A stretch of DNA of 64,000 nt from an uncultured Methanosarcinaceae archaeon (lineage in GTDB: Archaea > Halobacteriota > Methanosarcinia > Methanosarcinales > Methanosarcinaceae), in the NCBI GenBank assembly GCA_963833425.1, contig CAWHXP010000007.1:224001-288000 (forward strand). The letters run 5' to 3'. The stretch's first letter is position 1; the number at the start of each line of letters is the position of its first letter. Under the pieces are notes generated by a model. The model saw only the letters and a program-made list of their open reading frames with translations. It was not told the origin of the DNA and did not search any database. Position numbers and translations under genes: made by a program. Of the stretch, positions 44,504 to 56,722 are shown piece after piece.

Positions 44504-45478
44504 ATGAATGCGAAGGTTATAGGGCTTGATATTGGAGGAGCGAATACTAAGCTGGCATCCTCGAATGGAACTCTAATAGAATTGCACTACCTACCGCTCT
44601 GGAAAAATATCAGGCTCTCAGAAGTCTTGAAGGAAATCGCATATCGATTACAACCAGAAAAAGTTGCCGTTGTTATGACAGGAGAACTTGCGGACTGTTT
44701 TGAAAATAAAGACCAAGGTATTATCTTTATAAAGGAAGCTGTTGATTCAGCATTTGGATCTCAAAAAGTTTCGTATATAAATTGCATGGGCAGAATTCAG
44801 GGTGAAACTGACAAACTAACAGATCTTGCTGCTGCTAACTGGGTGGCTTCAGTTGTACTAGTGGGAGCAGAGTTTGGAGACTGCATTTTTGTAGACGTAG
44901 GAAGTACCACAAGTGATATTATTCCAATAATCGCCAGGGAACACAGAGCAGGCATAACTGACATTGAACGCCTGATGCGGAGTGAACTTGTATATACAGG
45001 CGCACTCAGAACAAACATTGCTACACTTATTGAAAAAGTGAAAATTGAACAGAGACTGTGCAGAATTGCTTCAGAGTTCTTTGCGACAACCGCAGATGTT
45101 TATGTCTTGCTTGGGGAAATCAATGAAAATATTTACACATGCGAAACTGCGGATGGAGCAGGAAGGAGCAAAACTGATGCTATGCGTAGGATTGCAAGGC
45201 TAGTCTGCGCAGATCTTTCAGAAATCCGAGAAAAAGATATATATGAAATCGCAAGACAAGTACAGGAAAAACAGATATTTACCCTGACTGAAGTGATTTA
45301 TGAAGTTGCAAAAAGAAATGGGCTTACGAGAATAGTAGCTGCAGGCATTGGGGAGTTTCTCATAAAAAAAGCTTCGGAAAGACTCGGTTTTGAATGCATT
45401 TTGGTTTCTGGATACTGGGATGAAAAAATATCAAGAGTTTTCCCTGCATACGCTGCTGCTAGGCTACTGGATAAATGA
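44504..45478 (+). CDS. mfnF: hydantoinase/oxoprolinase (ASKHA) family protein, probable methanofuran biosynthesis enzyme MfnF
   Basis: GLDIGGANTK, YLPLW, VMTGELADCF, AAANW, FVDVGSTTSDIIP, ELVYTGALRT, SEFFATTAD, RRIARLVCAD, FPAYAAA. Confidence 0.8.
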   Translation: MNAKVIGLDIGGANTKLASSNGTLIELHYLPLWKNIRLSEVLKEIAYRLQPEKVAVVMTGELADCFENKDQGIIFIKEAVDSAFGSQKVSYINCMGRIQGETDKLTDLAAANWVASVVLVGAEFGDCIFVDVGSTTSDIIPIIAREHRAGITDIERLMRSELVYTGALRTNIATLIEKVKIEQRLCRIASEFFATTADVYVLLGEINENIYTCETADGAGRSKTDAMRRIARLVCADLSEIREKDIYEIARQVQEKQIFTLTEVIYEVAKRNGLTRIVAAGIGEFLIKKASERLGFECILVSGYWDEKISRVFPAYAAARLLDK

Positions 45479-45511
45479 AATCTCAGTTTTGAAGTAGATA
45501 AAGGAATATCA

Positions 45512-46375
45512 TAGAAAATTTCGGTAACCTTCCATGTACTTGAGCATTGTAGAGTTTAAATTTCTTAACATTAATTTAGACCAATGAAAAATCTTACCAT
45601 TTTATTCGTAGAAAAAAATAAAAATGGATTCAGTCATTTAGAGACAAAATTGCTGGAATTTATTCCTTCTTGATTTTAAATGCTTTAGTATCATTTTCGG
45701 GTCCACATATTTCAACTAAAGTGTTCAATAGGCAGACCTTAAACTTATGTCATAATTATGCATAAAATTGCTTTTTTACAGCATTTGCATGGTTTTCAGG
45801 CTTGGAACCTGAGAGAATTTAATGAAGAATTTCTTTTAAAAATTTCTTGGTTTTCCTGATTGCATACCAGACAGTACCACACTCGATCATTAAGAAAAAA
45901 AATTATTGGTAATTGCAAAGGAAAAAATATGGAGACAGTTTATAAAGCTAACATAATCGCTTTTGTTCGAAAATAAAAAAAGAATGATTCAGAAAGCTAC
46001 TTTTAGACATCCAGATCTGGGCATTCAAAAAAGGATAAAACTCAAGAAAACAACGCAAAAAAAGGAGAACATAGGCCTAAAACTAGATAAAAAAGATCTT
46101 GAGTCACATTGGATATAAATTTCGTAGTAAGTGATCAGGGATTATGAGCTAATCAGAAGACATTCAAAGCATGAAAATTCTTGTCGTTAGTATTCAAGAG
46201 TGATTCTGAAGATATTGTGTACAGTTTTAGTTTATAATTTCTATCAATTGATGACCTTGGAAATAAAATAAGTATTTTGGAGATGCGTAAAATATTTTTA
46301 AACTCAAAAATAATAAACCATAAAAGAACAAATAAAATCAAATACGAAATTAGCGAAAAAGATTTGGACACGTTT
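45512..46375 (+). mobile_element. decayed IS5-family element (transposase relic)
   Basis: Colinear with 51004-52005 along its length (e.g. GTATCATTTT.....C.ACATATTT, GATTATGAGCTAAT.AGAAGA, ATCAAATAC.AAATTAGC.AAAAAGATTT.GACA); translates in patches as GFPDCIPDSTT and DYELIRR. Confidence 0.75.
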
Positions 46376-46664
46376 CGTTTTCCCTCTGAACATTACTAGG
46401 GTTCAATAGGGTTTTCAGCTGGAGACATTCCCGAACAGATTTTCTACAATAAACTGTTTGTCTGGAGATTTCCACTGGAGCTCAAATTTTGTAAACTTAA
46501 ATCTTGTATCAAAAAATTTCTTGCATTTTAAGCATGTTCCTAAATGCAAAAAACTTACATTTTCTTAATAATTCAGCCGCAAAAATGCTGATAAGTACAT
46601 GATGCGCGAAAAATAACTACCATTAGCCTTGCATAAACACTCTCTCAACAGTCATCAATGGTCA

Positions 46665-47174
46665 TTAACGATTATTCCTGCAGCGAATGATCTCATAGTT
46701 TACTTTTCCCCTGTCTACACATTCCCTTACAAGCTTTTCCCTTTTGGAAAGAGTGTCGATTTTTCCTGATTTGACCTCAATAAAAACAATTTTATTCATT
46801 TCTCCCTCGGAAAGGCCATCAAAGACTATGAAGTCCACTGGGGTACCGAGAAAGCGTGCATCTTTAGGGTTGTACTCGAATTCAGGGAAGTAAGGAATAA
46901 GGTGTTCAGTAACCTTGCCCCTTATTACAGCCTCGCTTTTCTTTACCGCATCCAGGCGAATCTTTTTCTCCTCATCAATTTTCCATTTTCGAAAGAGGGT
47001 GTCAGCTTTTTCAGAGACCTGGCGATTCATTTCCCTCTCCTGCCAAAATTCATGCAAATCTCTGGCACGAGACTCGACCGAACCCTTTAGCTGGATATAT
47101 TTCAGGAGCAGGTAAACTGCAAAAAGGGCAAGAAAAATGATAAGTGTTGAATTCATCCAGTTGTTCATGGCCAT
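46665..47174 (-). CDS. Holliday-junction-resolvase-like endonuclease (Endonuc_Holl) with N-terminal TM helix
   Basis: DAVKKSEAVIRGKVTEHLIPYFP, DARFLGTPVDFIVFDG, FIEVKSG (PD-(D/E)xK). Confidence 0.9.
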   Translation of the reverse strand: MAMNNWMNSTLIIFLALFAVYLLLKYIQLKGSVESRARDLHEFWQEREMNRQVSEKADTLFRKWKIDEEKKIRLDAVKKSEAVIRGKVTEHLIPYFPEFEYNPKDARFLGTPVDFIVFDGLSEGEMNKIVFIEVKSGKIDTLSKREKLVRECVDRGKVNYEIIRCRNNR

Positions 47175-48178
47175 TCTCAGAAAGGGATTATATTTTTACT
47201 GTACTTAGAAAAGTAACTCCCAGTAATTGTATTAGCTATAGTTCAGAATGACTATACTTATTCTTTTTTATTTTTTCGCAATAGTTCACAAGAAAAAAAC
47301 TTCATCCAAAAATCTCAGAATACTTCTATAAACCCCTGAATTTCGCCGTATGCTTATTTAATATGTATAACAATTTGTGAAAATCAGTGGTTTATCGAAA
47401 AATTCGTTGATCCTCTTATTCGTAATCGCCTATAGAAAATTGAACATTACCATTTACTGAAGTAGAACTTTTTCATGAGATAAGCTTACTTCAAGAGTGG
47501 AGTTTTTCTGAATGTATATTAATCTGCGGATGAATTCCCAGATGAGTGATTTTCGTCCGCCTCGCTGATGCGTGTCTAGGACAGAAATATTTCGTCTTAG
47601 AGTTGAAAGATTTAAGCTTCACGAAGTTAAATTGCATATAAGCATGTCGAAATCTCTACAGAATTGACCATGTAAAGTTCACGAAGCGCTAATTACTTCA
47701 ATATCTATCCGAAAAATATGGCATGTGTGTAGAAGATATTATAATTAGCAAAAATATTTTTTTGCAAAATTCTATGAAAAATCGTATCTATAGAAATATA
47801 TTTATAAAGTATTTTTAAAAAATGAATCGTAAGCCAAATGGCATTCCGAAAAATTTCCAAATCAAGGAAAATCTCAATGGAAATTAGTGAAAATTAAATG
47901 CTATGTTTTTTGATCTCTAGACATACCGCCTTGTAACTTTTAGCCCCTACATAAAAGTTCGATGAATTCACATCATTTTGAAAATATGTACAATAGCAAT
48001 TGTAAATATATGAAATTTTACTGCGGAAAGTGAGGTGAAAATAAGCATTCAATATTAACCTTAGATTTCAGTCCACATGAACGAACTAAAATAGTGAAGC
48101 AAAATTGAATGCTACTGAGACGCAATTTGGGGTTACAGAGAGAAATCTTTGCATTTATATATTTCTTCCAATCGATTC

Positions 48179-50443
48179 TCAATAGTTTTTAGCTGTTTCG
48201 ACTGCATCACTGCAGGAAACCTGCCAATTCTTAATCTTCCGTACACTTATATTTATAATTTTTGCAAGCTCAAAGGCGTCAGCCTTTATCAGGGCTTCTA
48301 CGCTTTTTATTCCTGCTTCCTCGAGTTTCTCTGCAGTAACTTTACCCACACCTTCAATGTCTTTAATTGACTTCGGCCTATCCTTTTTGGGCTGCATAGC
48401 CTTTTCTTCCTGCTGTGTCTTTTTCCATTCAATGAAATTACACTGTGGACAACCCAGGTCCCAGGCACGCTTTCCTGCGTTGATTATGCGGATATGGTGC
48501 ATTTCGTGTATCCCACAGAATTTATCTGTAACAATAATTTGACCGCTCTTAGGGAGGGGGAGAGAGAATGTACAGTTTGGATAGTTGCTACAGCCTATGA
48601 AACGGCTCCCTCTCTTAGAACGGCGGATCATGAGTTCGCTTCCGCATAAAGAGCAATTACCGATAATCTTGTCTTCCCTCAAGCCTGCTTGAAGGGATTC
48701 TACAATCTTATCGCGGTTTTTATCAAGTTCAAAAAATACCTTCTTCAGCATCTCTCGAGATTCTTCAAGTACAGTAATTTCTTTGATCTTGCCCTCTGCA
48801 ATCTTATCCATATTTTCTTCGAGTAACTTTGTCATATCCGGTTTTGTTATTGTCGGGGAGTATTTTTCAAGGGTATCCACTACGGCAAAAGAGGTGTTTG
48901 TGGGTTGCACGGGATTTCCGTGGATATATGCCCTTGAATAAAGTTTGTTTATAATCTCATGCCTTGTTGCCTTTGTCCCAAGTCCCAATTCTTCCATTAT
49001 GTTTATAAGTCTTCCCTGGCCGTAACGGCCTGGTGGTTGGGTTTCTTTATCAAGAATCTCTTTTTTTATTACTTTCAGGATTTCTCCTTCATGGAGCTCT
49101 GGGAAAACTCTGTCTTCAGGAACGTTGTACGGGTAGTACCATCTCCAGCCAGGATCAACCAGACGTGCTCCTTTTACCCTGAATTCTTCCTCATCTATAT
49201 CAATATTCAAACTCATTGTTTCCCATTCACTTTGTCCAGCAAATGTTGCAAAAAAACGCCTGACCACCAGTTCGTATACGTTCCATTCTTCCTCTTTCAG
49301 GTCAGCCTCTTTTGCAAGGGAAGCAGGAAAAATGGGAGGGTGGTCAGTAGTTTCCTTTTTTCCTTTCATAGGAATAAGTTCGACTTTCTCAAGAAGGGCA
49401 TTTGCATACTTTCCAAAAGATCCATCTTTGAAAATTTCAATCTGTGCCCTTAGATCCAGAGTGTCGGGATAAACCGTGTTATCTGTCCTGGGATATGAAA
49501 TGTAACCATTTGTATAAAGAGATTCAGCTACGCGCATAGCTTTTACAGGGCTGAGCCCGATTGAGTTTGCTGCATTGATAAAACCTGTGGTATTAAATGG
49601 AATGGGAGCTGGGTCAGTTTTTTTCCCTTTTTCAATCTGCGTTAATTTTGCTTTTTCTCCAAGTTTCTTGAACACCTTAGCTGCTTCCTTGTTGTCCAGG
49701 AAGCGACGAGTTGAATGCTGGGCAGAAAAAATTCCCCCTTTTGAGCATTCAAATTCTGCATGGATCTCCCAGTAAGGAATAGGAACAAATATATTCCGTT
49801 CCTTTTCCTTATCAACTATAAGAGATAGGGTAGGGGACTGTACTCTCCCCACGGAGAGAAACATTTTCCCAAGCCTACCTGCGGCAATGGAAATGTAACG
49901 GGTAAGGGCCGCTCCCCATACAAGATCAATAACCTGTCTGGAGTGACCCGCATCAGCGAGATTGAAATCAAGATCAGTAGGATTTGAAAATGAAGCGACT
50001 ATTGCTTTAGGGGTTATCGCACTGTAACGGACCCGATCAAAAGGAACATAAGGATTTACTTTTTTTATGATATTGAGGGCTTCGGCTCCTATCAGTTCTC
50101 CTTCTCGGTCGTAGTCAGTGGCAATTGTAACTCTACTTGCCTCTTTTCCCAAAGTTCTAAGAGCTGTTATGATTTTCCGGTTAATAGGAATTGTTATAAT
50201 TTTGGCATCTATAAGGGCTTTAGAATCTACTTTCTGCCAGTTGTTATATTCACTTGGAAAATCGATGCCTACAATATGGCCCGAAAGCCCTATAACTATT
50301 ATCTCTTGCTCGTTATCATCAGAGTCGATCTCATACCTATATACGTCCACTCCGCTGACTCTATCCTTCGTTGGATTTTTTGGAGCCAGAATCGCAGCTA
50401 TCCTCCTTGCTGCTATATTTTTCTCAGTTACAATAAGATACAT
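48179..50443 (-). CDS. topA: DNA topoisomerase I (type IA) with Zn ribbons and C-terminal HhH
   Basis: Toprim IVTEK and ATDYDREGE, SVGRVQSPTL, catalytic GYISYPRTD, GLGTKATR, C-terminal CxxC ribbons, DIEGVGKVTAEKL. Confidence 0.97.
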   Translation of the reverse strand: MYLIVTEKNIAARRIAAILAPKNPTKDRVSGVDVYRYEIDSDDNEQEIIVIGLSGHIVGIDFPSEYNNWQKVDSKALIDAKIITIPINRKIITALRTLGKEASRVTIATDYDREGELIGAEALNIIKKVNPYVPFDRVRYSAITPKAIVASFSNPTDLDFNLADAGHSRQVIDLVWGAALTRYISIAAGRLGKMFLSVGRVQSPTLSLIVDKEKERNIFVPIPYWEIHAEFECSKGGIFSAQHSTRRFLDNKEAAKVFKKLGEKAKLTQIEKGKKTDPAPIPFNTTGFINAANSIGLSPVKAMRVAESLYTNGYISYPRTDNTVYPDTLDLRAQIEIFKDGSFGKYANALLEKVELIPMKGKKETTDHPPIFPASLAKEADLKEEEWNVYELVVRRFFATFAGQSEWETMSLNIDIDEEEFRVKGARLVDPGWRWYYPYNVPEDRVFPELHEGEILKVIKKEILDKETQPPGRYGQGRLINIMEELGLGTKATRHEIINKLYSRAYIHGNPVQPTNTSFAVVDTLEKYSPTITKPDMTKLLEENMDKIAEGKIKEITVLEESREMLKKVFFELDKNRDKIVESLQAGLREDKIIGNCSLCGSELMIRRSKRGSRFIGCSNYPNCTFSLPLPKSGQIIVTDKFCGIHEMHHIRIINAGKRAWDLGCPQCNFIEWKKTQQEEKAMQPKKDRPKSIKDIEGVGKVTAEKLEEAGIKSVEALIKADAFELAKIINISVRKIKNWQVSCSDAVETAKNY

Positions 50444-50833
50444 TTAGATCTCCGTTGTAATAAGGTGCATTATAAAATTCCAATCAAAGTTTTTTAAATT
50501 TGACTGAGGAATACAAGAGCACTTCAAATTCCTACCACCTTTAATTCATATCTTGACTTTTATTCCTTGAAGTTTCTTTTTATGATATAAATTTTTGGAT
50601 CAAAATCGAAAATAAACTGTCATCCGTAATTAAAATTAGATCCAAGTATCTTTGGCCTGCACTTTTTTCTCTCTTGATAACAGCCTATAGAGGATCATCA
50701 ATAAGCATCCAATTTTCATATCCATTTGCGTGCCATTTAAAGTATAATTAAAAATTCGTCGGAATCCACTCATTCAGTTTATTTCATAATCGTTCGATCT
50801 ACCTGGAAACAATTTCTACAGTTTATTGGGCGC

Positions 50834-50906
50834 CTTAGCCCGAATAGCTTTCTGCGTACCACCTAATTCAAAAATTATTACAGATTTCCCCTACATTCGG
50901 GCTAAG
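50834..50906. repeat. 73-bp segment bounded by perfect 12-bp inverted repeat
   Basis: CTTAGCCCGAAT (50834-50845) / ATTCGGGCTAAG (50895-50906). Confidence 0.7.
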
Positions 50907-51003
50907 AAGTTTTCTAAGAGTCCATAATCCTATTAAATATAATTAACACATCAAAAATTTGAATAAGAGCTTCTATGGAGCATAACCATTCCGCTGAGGA
51001 CCA

Positions 51004-52005
51004 GAGAAAATTTTGATGAACTCCGATGCATTTGAATATTGGTTAATTAAAATCTCTTAACAATAATTATTATTTATGAAAAATTTTGCTTATTTTATGA
51101 TTAAAGAAGAATAAAAATGTTTCCAGTCAGTTGGAGAATAACTTGCTGATATTGAGTTCTTAATTTATTGTAAATCCACTTGTATCATTTTTGAATCTAC
51201 ATATTTTAGCAAAACAGCCCCCTGAGGCGGACTTGAAGATGAATTAATGGTACGTTATAAGTGCTCTTTTTATATCTGCAGTATGGTCTTTCAGGCATTG
51301 AACTTAGGAAACAGTTTGTTACTTGTATTTCATGATTTTCCTGAGCACATACTAGAAATTACCGCAGTCTGATCATTCAGAAAAGATTAATTTGTAACTT
51401 CAAAGAAGAAATATGGTGACAGATGCAAAGCCACCTTGAAGGCTTTGGTTTGAAAATAAAAACGTAAATAATTCTGAATTCTATTTTTACCAATTTAGAT
51501 CCTAAAAATACAAGTACGGATAACATTTGTAAGATGAAGCAAAAACAAAAAGAAGAAGATATGGAACTTATATCGTAAAGGGTTGTACGTCACATTTGAA
51601 TACAAACTGCATAGCTTAGGACTCAGGAATTATGAGCTGATAAGAAGATTCTAAACAACGACCATATAACTTATGATTAGATTAAGCGTAAACGAGTATT
51701 TTTCGGGAATAGTGATAAATTTAAAAACAAAAAGATCAACTCAAAAAGAGATAATGAGAATCGGATTTATAAAGTTACTAAAACGGTATTTAAAGCAGGA
51801 AAAGTCCTTGATACTACTGTTCAAAGAGTGGATGTGAATATGTTGTGTGCAATTTTGCCTCTATTATCTCTATCAGTTGACGACCTTCCAGATAAAAGGA
51901 GTATTTTAATGATGGAGGAAGCTATCTTTAAAATCAAAGAATACTAGACAAGAAAAAATAAAAATAAGATCAAATACAAAAATTAGCAAGAAAGATTTAG
52001 ACAGG
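51004..52005 (+). mobile_element. decayed IS5-family element (transposase pseudogene with left end)
   Basis: From ATG 51076, with many stops and shifts: MKNFAYF..KEE.KCFQSVGE.LADIE.LI..., DFPEHI...AV*SFRK, EAKTKRRRYGT, YKLH, NYELIRRF, KVLDTTVQRVDVNML. This matches the Methanosarcina-type IS5 transposase pattern as I recall it. Confidence 0.82.
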
Positions 52006-52789
52006 ATTCAAGCGAAGTAAAAAAAATGATGATAAATTGGAATATTCTTGAACATATCTTGAGAGGATCCCGAAAAATTTATGATTTCCATGAGTCATTT
52101 ATGCACTATAATATACGATATTCCACAAATTTGCTTAGATACAGAATTGTTTGCGCATTTGTCCGCTCCCCTCCATCGAGAGTAGATCAATTTTTGAGCT
52201 ACTTACATATCTAGAGAACATACGGCATTTTTGTGTGCATTTGTGAAGAGTGGGCGCTATAAGCGTATGACGAAATGTAGAATTTCACCAAAAACCCTCT
52301 CGAGTTTATAGATCTCAATCTAGCTCCGAACGCTAGATTTCTGTCATGATTAAATTTAATCATAATTTAGGGGTAATCCGAATAGAACATTATATAATTT
52401 CTCAATTCAGTCTGTTACTAGGTTAATAATGTCACAATTGATTACAAGTTTTATATTTAATGAAATGCATTGTTGTTTTTGCCGTATCTTTCTTTAAGGG
52501 CTATATTGCCTTGATTTTTCATTTTATATTAGTATAATTTATTCCAGCAACAAAACTTTGAAAAACCAAACTTTATAAATAATTTTTAACCTCTCTCAAA
52601 TAACAATATTCTTCTAAAATTTATCAAAATATATATTTAATTAAGGATCCTACATTATTATTAAATCGCAAAATTGATTTGCATCAAGAAATAACAGCTA
52701 TGCATTCATGCACAAAGAAGTACATGAGCAAGGAAACAAGTAAATAAGGAAATTGTTTAAATAGAATTCAAGATTTCAAGGAATCGTTT

Positions 52790-53311
52790 ATGAATTCTAC
52801 AAGTCATGGGTATATTCCCCTTTACATCTATCATGCCGGGCAATGTAACCCAAAAAAGTGCACAGGACTAAAAATGGCTCGCTTTAACCTTGCTCACCTG
52901 TATAATCGGATTTCAAGGACCCCCAAGTCAGCGATTATATTGGATCCAATTTCAGAAAAAGCTATTTCACCTGCCGATCATTTCAGAAAAGGAATTGTCG
53001 TACTTGACTGTTCATGGAAAGAAGTGGAACGTATTTTTCCTGAACTTGGGAAGCTGAACTTAGAGCATAGGGCTCTTCCATACCTACTTGCTAGCAATCC
53101 CGTGAACTTCGGAAGACCCTTCAAACTTAACTCTGCAGAGGCCTTAGCAGCAGCTCTTTATATACTAGGCTACAAAGAGCAGGCCGAAAAAATCCTATCC
53201 AAATTTAACTGGGGGCACTGTTTCATTGAGCTGAATAAGGAGCCTCTTGAAGAATATGCAACTGCAAAAAACAGTACTGAAATTGTGGAAATCCAGAGCC
53301 ATTACATCTAA
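52790..53311 (+). CDS. tsr3: rRNA aminocarboxypropyltransferase Tsr3 (DUF367)
   Basis: [57 protein letters not shown]. Confidence 0.93.
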   Translation: MNSTSHGYIPLYIYHAGQCNPKKCTGLKMARFNLAHLYNRISRTPKSAIILDPISEKAISPADHFRKGIVVLDCSWKEVERIFPELGKLNLEHRALPYLLASNPVNFGRPFKLNSAEALAAALYILGYKEQAEKILSKFNWGHCFIELNKEPLEEYATAKNSTEIVEIQSHYI

Positions 53312-54488
53312 AGATCCTCAAATCCCTAAACACTGGAAAAGTTTCACTACGAAAACAGGCTCTTTTTGTAGATACTGAAATAATGAATGATAGTTAATGC
53401 GGGATCCTTGGGGTAAAATTTTCATGAAGTGAAGATTAGTAGATGTCAAGTTAATCACTTATTACAGCCATAAAGGAAATAGAAAGCAGTCAGAGAATCA
53501 TTTATTGGATTAATCAGGTGAATTCGTTATTCATACCTGATAAACAAGTTATCAAAAAAGTACCATAAAAGAAGCATAAATAGACCATCAGAAATGTATT
53601 TTAAATGTCAACTTTAATAATGTATTCATAACATGTAGTTTTCTTGGAACGATGACAAAGGCCACTATCAACTTGGTCCAAAAATTACTCATATTCACAT
53701 CCATAATTCTCATTACCTTGCATATTATAGACTATTTTTTGACTTTCCTCAATTGACCTATTTTTATCTTTGGTAAACCTAAATTTATTATTTTTGTTTA
53801 ATTTCCTTAATCCTTCGGTCTCTTAATAGTATATTTTTATGGTTAACTCAATTATAACCCATCAGTACAAAATACATTAAAAATAGTAATTGTACGATCA
53901 CAAAAATCCTGCTGCAACCATGGAAAGATAGCTTCATCCTTGTCATCTACTCACTGTGTATAGTTATAGACAACTTTACATCGCTATGCAACGAAATAAT
54001 ATTCAAAGATTCATTCGGTATGTTACATTAGCACATTTGGTTTTGGTTCACACTAGTCTACTAAGTGAAGATATATTAACTTAATATATAATTTAAATCA
54101 AATATGATATAAAGATCAAAACTATATGTACACCTAAGGTGTGAGGGAAAAAATTTTATTAACTAGAAAAATATAAATATTGCAACAAAGTAAAAAACGT
54201 ACTATTAATTTATGCACACATCCTTTATTTATATTTTTTGATGAATTTGTCTAATATTATTTTATTCAAATTCGATCTAAAAGGAAATTATAAATTAAGG
54301 AGTATTTCGATCAACACCTAATTATGTCACATACTTATTAACAACGTATAAATTAATCTTTGAAACAAGAGACATATCGAAATTCTCTAAGGCATCCATT
54401 ATTCAAAAGTTTACGCACATGTTCATTCAAAGCGATTTACTTTCTATGATAATACCAGTGTTTATTAATCACTCAAAGATACGCATTC

Positions 54489-55832
54489 ATGGCAGAAATA
54501 CTATATAGTGCGACTTACAAGCTCTTTGATTATATGCAAAATTCGGAAATTACCCCCCTAATACTTAGCCATCAAACTTTTTTTCAGAACCCATTCGATT
54601 TAGTCCCAAGGATGTCTTTCTCGCCCTACCTGGAAACGAATGAAATTATATTTATCTCTGGCCCCCTATATGCAGGCAAAACGTCTATCCTTAGACAAAT
54701 TGCCAGTAACCTGCAGGGCTCGAAAATTTATATTGATTTTGAAGATAGCAAGATTAAGGAATTGGGATCCGAAAGTTTTCAAGTCATTGAAGAAATTGCA
54801 ACTGAAATTCACGGAAGAAAATCATCGAGAAATGAAGCAGGACATATCTATTATTTTCTTGATGAGATATATAATATCCTAGGATGGGAAAGTTGGATTG
54901 ATGGACTCAACAAGCAAGGGGCAAAAATTTTCATAACATCTTCTTGCTCACGTTTAAAAGAACAGGAATTTTCGATGAGGTTTAAAGGCAGAAGTAAGAT
55001 TATGAGGCTTTTTCCATTTTCATTTAAAGAATACATTCTCTTGAGAGATGCCAAAATACCAGGGTCTAAATTTCTTACAGCTTCTCAAAGCGATGAAATA
55101 TTGTGCATGTTTTTACAATATTTTGAAAATGGCGGTTTCCCAGCTGTGATCAAAAATAACGATTTTCAGCTCTGCCAAAAATATTTTGAAGATATCCTGC
55201 AAAAAGAAGCAGTAAAAGGTTGTGATTCTAAGGTCGTAAGTGGATTAAAAAGGCTTTCTACATTTTTGATATCAAACACTGCTTCTGAATGCCTTCTGGA
55301 AACTTTAAAAAAAGAGAGTGGAATTGAGGACAAGGAAATTATATGCAACTATTTAGATTTTCTGGAAGATAATTTTTTGCTGTATCGCATCCCGAAGCTC
55401 ACTCCTCTTTCTAAAAGCAGCTCGGAAATGGCTGCTCAATGTAAAGTTTACGCATCTGATACTGGTTTCTTTAAAGCAGTTTGCCCGAACTACCCAGACA
55501 ACCTTGGGCTAAGATTTGAGAACCTTGTGTATCTCGAATTGATCAGGCAGGAAAAACAGATTTTCTATTCAAGGAACATGAATGAATGTGATTTCCTCAT
55601 TAAGGAAAAAGATAGTGAAAAAATTTCGGCAGCAATTCAAACCTCGATACATTTAGGAAGCCCGGTAATCCGAGAAAGAGCAATATTTGGACTTATGGAA
55701 GCTATGGTAGATTACGGGCTTGAAGAAGGACTGATTTTAACTATGGACGACGAAGAAGTCCTGTTCATTGAAGGCAAAGATGAAAAGAAAAAAGTAATAG
55801 TTAAATCTGTATGGAAGTGGATGCTGGAATAA
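54489..55832 (+). CDS. AAA+ ATPase (AAA_14 + DUF4143 architecture)
   Basis: Walker A ISGPLYAGKT, YIDFED, Walker B FLDEI, LFPFSFKEY, GGFP, KVYASDTG, FENLV, ECDF. Confidence 0.88.
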   Translation: MAEILYSATYKLFDYMQNSEITPLILSHQTFFQNPFDLVPRMSFSPYLETNEIIFISGPLYAGKTSILRQIASNLQGSKIYIDFEDSKIKELGSESFQVIEEIATEIHGRKSSRNEAGHIYYFLDEIYNILGWESWIDGLNKQGAKIFITSSCSRLKEQEFSMRFKGRSKIMRLFPFSFKEYILLRDAKIPGSKFLTASQSDEILCMFLQYFENGGFPAVIKNNDFQLCQKYFEDILQKEAVKGCDSKVVSGLKRLSTFLISNTASECLLETLKKESGIEDKEIICNYLDFLEDNFLLYRIPKLTPLSKSSSEMAAQCKVYASDTGFFKAVCPNYPDNLGLRFENLVYLELIRQEKQIFYSRNMNECDFLIKEKDSEKISAAIQTSIHLGSPVIRERAIFGLMEAMVDYGLEEGLILTMDDEEVLFIEGKDEKKKVIVKSVWKWMLE

Positions 55833-56429
55833 CAAGTCCGAGTTCCACACATCACCGACTGACTCAGATACTCAGTAAAATTCCGTTCATTTTTCAGATT
55901 ATTACAGAAAAATAAAATTTAATAATAACTTTCTTTATTTTAGAATATTTTTTCCAAGTTTAGTTGATGGAGAATTAAATCTATTCAGTTAAAATTACTC
56001 TGAATACATCGTATCAACCCTTTCTGACATGTAGCCATATTGGCTTTGACAGTTGAGTAAAATTAAGTACCTTCTCTTGCTATTTGGTCGAATGAACACA
56101 AGAATAAAAACGCTTCTTCTACTATTTCTATCACGAATAAATGCACCCCTATCAACGTAGCCTTGCGATTTTATGTTTCGTTTTCACAAAAATTACATGA
56201 TTTTACAAAATTTCATCTAACTAATCTCAAATTTGCCAACCCTTCCCCAAAAACCTTTAAGAATATTAGTGATCTGATTTTGTTCTTTGATATCCCAAAG
56301 ATTAGAGTGGGTTAAGTTGTATTAATCCTTGTAAGTCCTTAAATTGCAGCAAATGTATATTGGATTACTTGGGGGAATTTATTATAAATGCTTCTACAGA
56401 GCTTTAAGCTCTATTAATATTTTAAACTT

Positions 56430-56477
56430 ATATACTAAAAAATATACTAAAAAATATACTAAAAAATATACTAAAAA
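56430..56477. repeat. 12-bp tandem repeat ATATACTAAAAA x4
   Basis: Four exact copies ~250 bp upstream of the PKD surface-protein gene. Confidence 0.92.
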
Positions 56478-56722
56478 AAGTCAAAAAATAGTTTATTTGA
56501 GACATATATAATTTATATCCTACGAATTTGCAACGCTTAATTTTTTTAGAGCCTGTTACAAAAAAATCGGAATTAAGCTTCTGGAATGAAATTTTTACTT
56601 TTGAACTATGAGAATAAATCATAAAGAATGGGATAACCCATCGGAACTCCAGCAAATCAAAACTACTGTAGAACAGAAAAGTTTAAAGATTATTAGAAAG
56701 TTATGAGTACTAAGATTTTTTT

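Noticed and set aside
47526..47560. GC-rich hairpin as ncRNA (similar weak hairpins at ~8997-9043 and ~18979-18996)
   Set aside because: Short stems only; no tRNA, box C/D or riboswitch features recognisable
56428..56655. 75-aa ORF ending in FFSI repeats
   Set aside because: Artefact of the 12-bp non-coding tandem repeat
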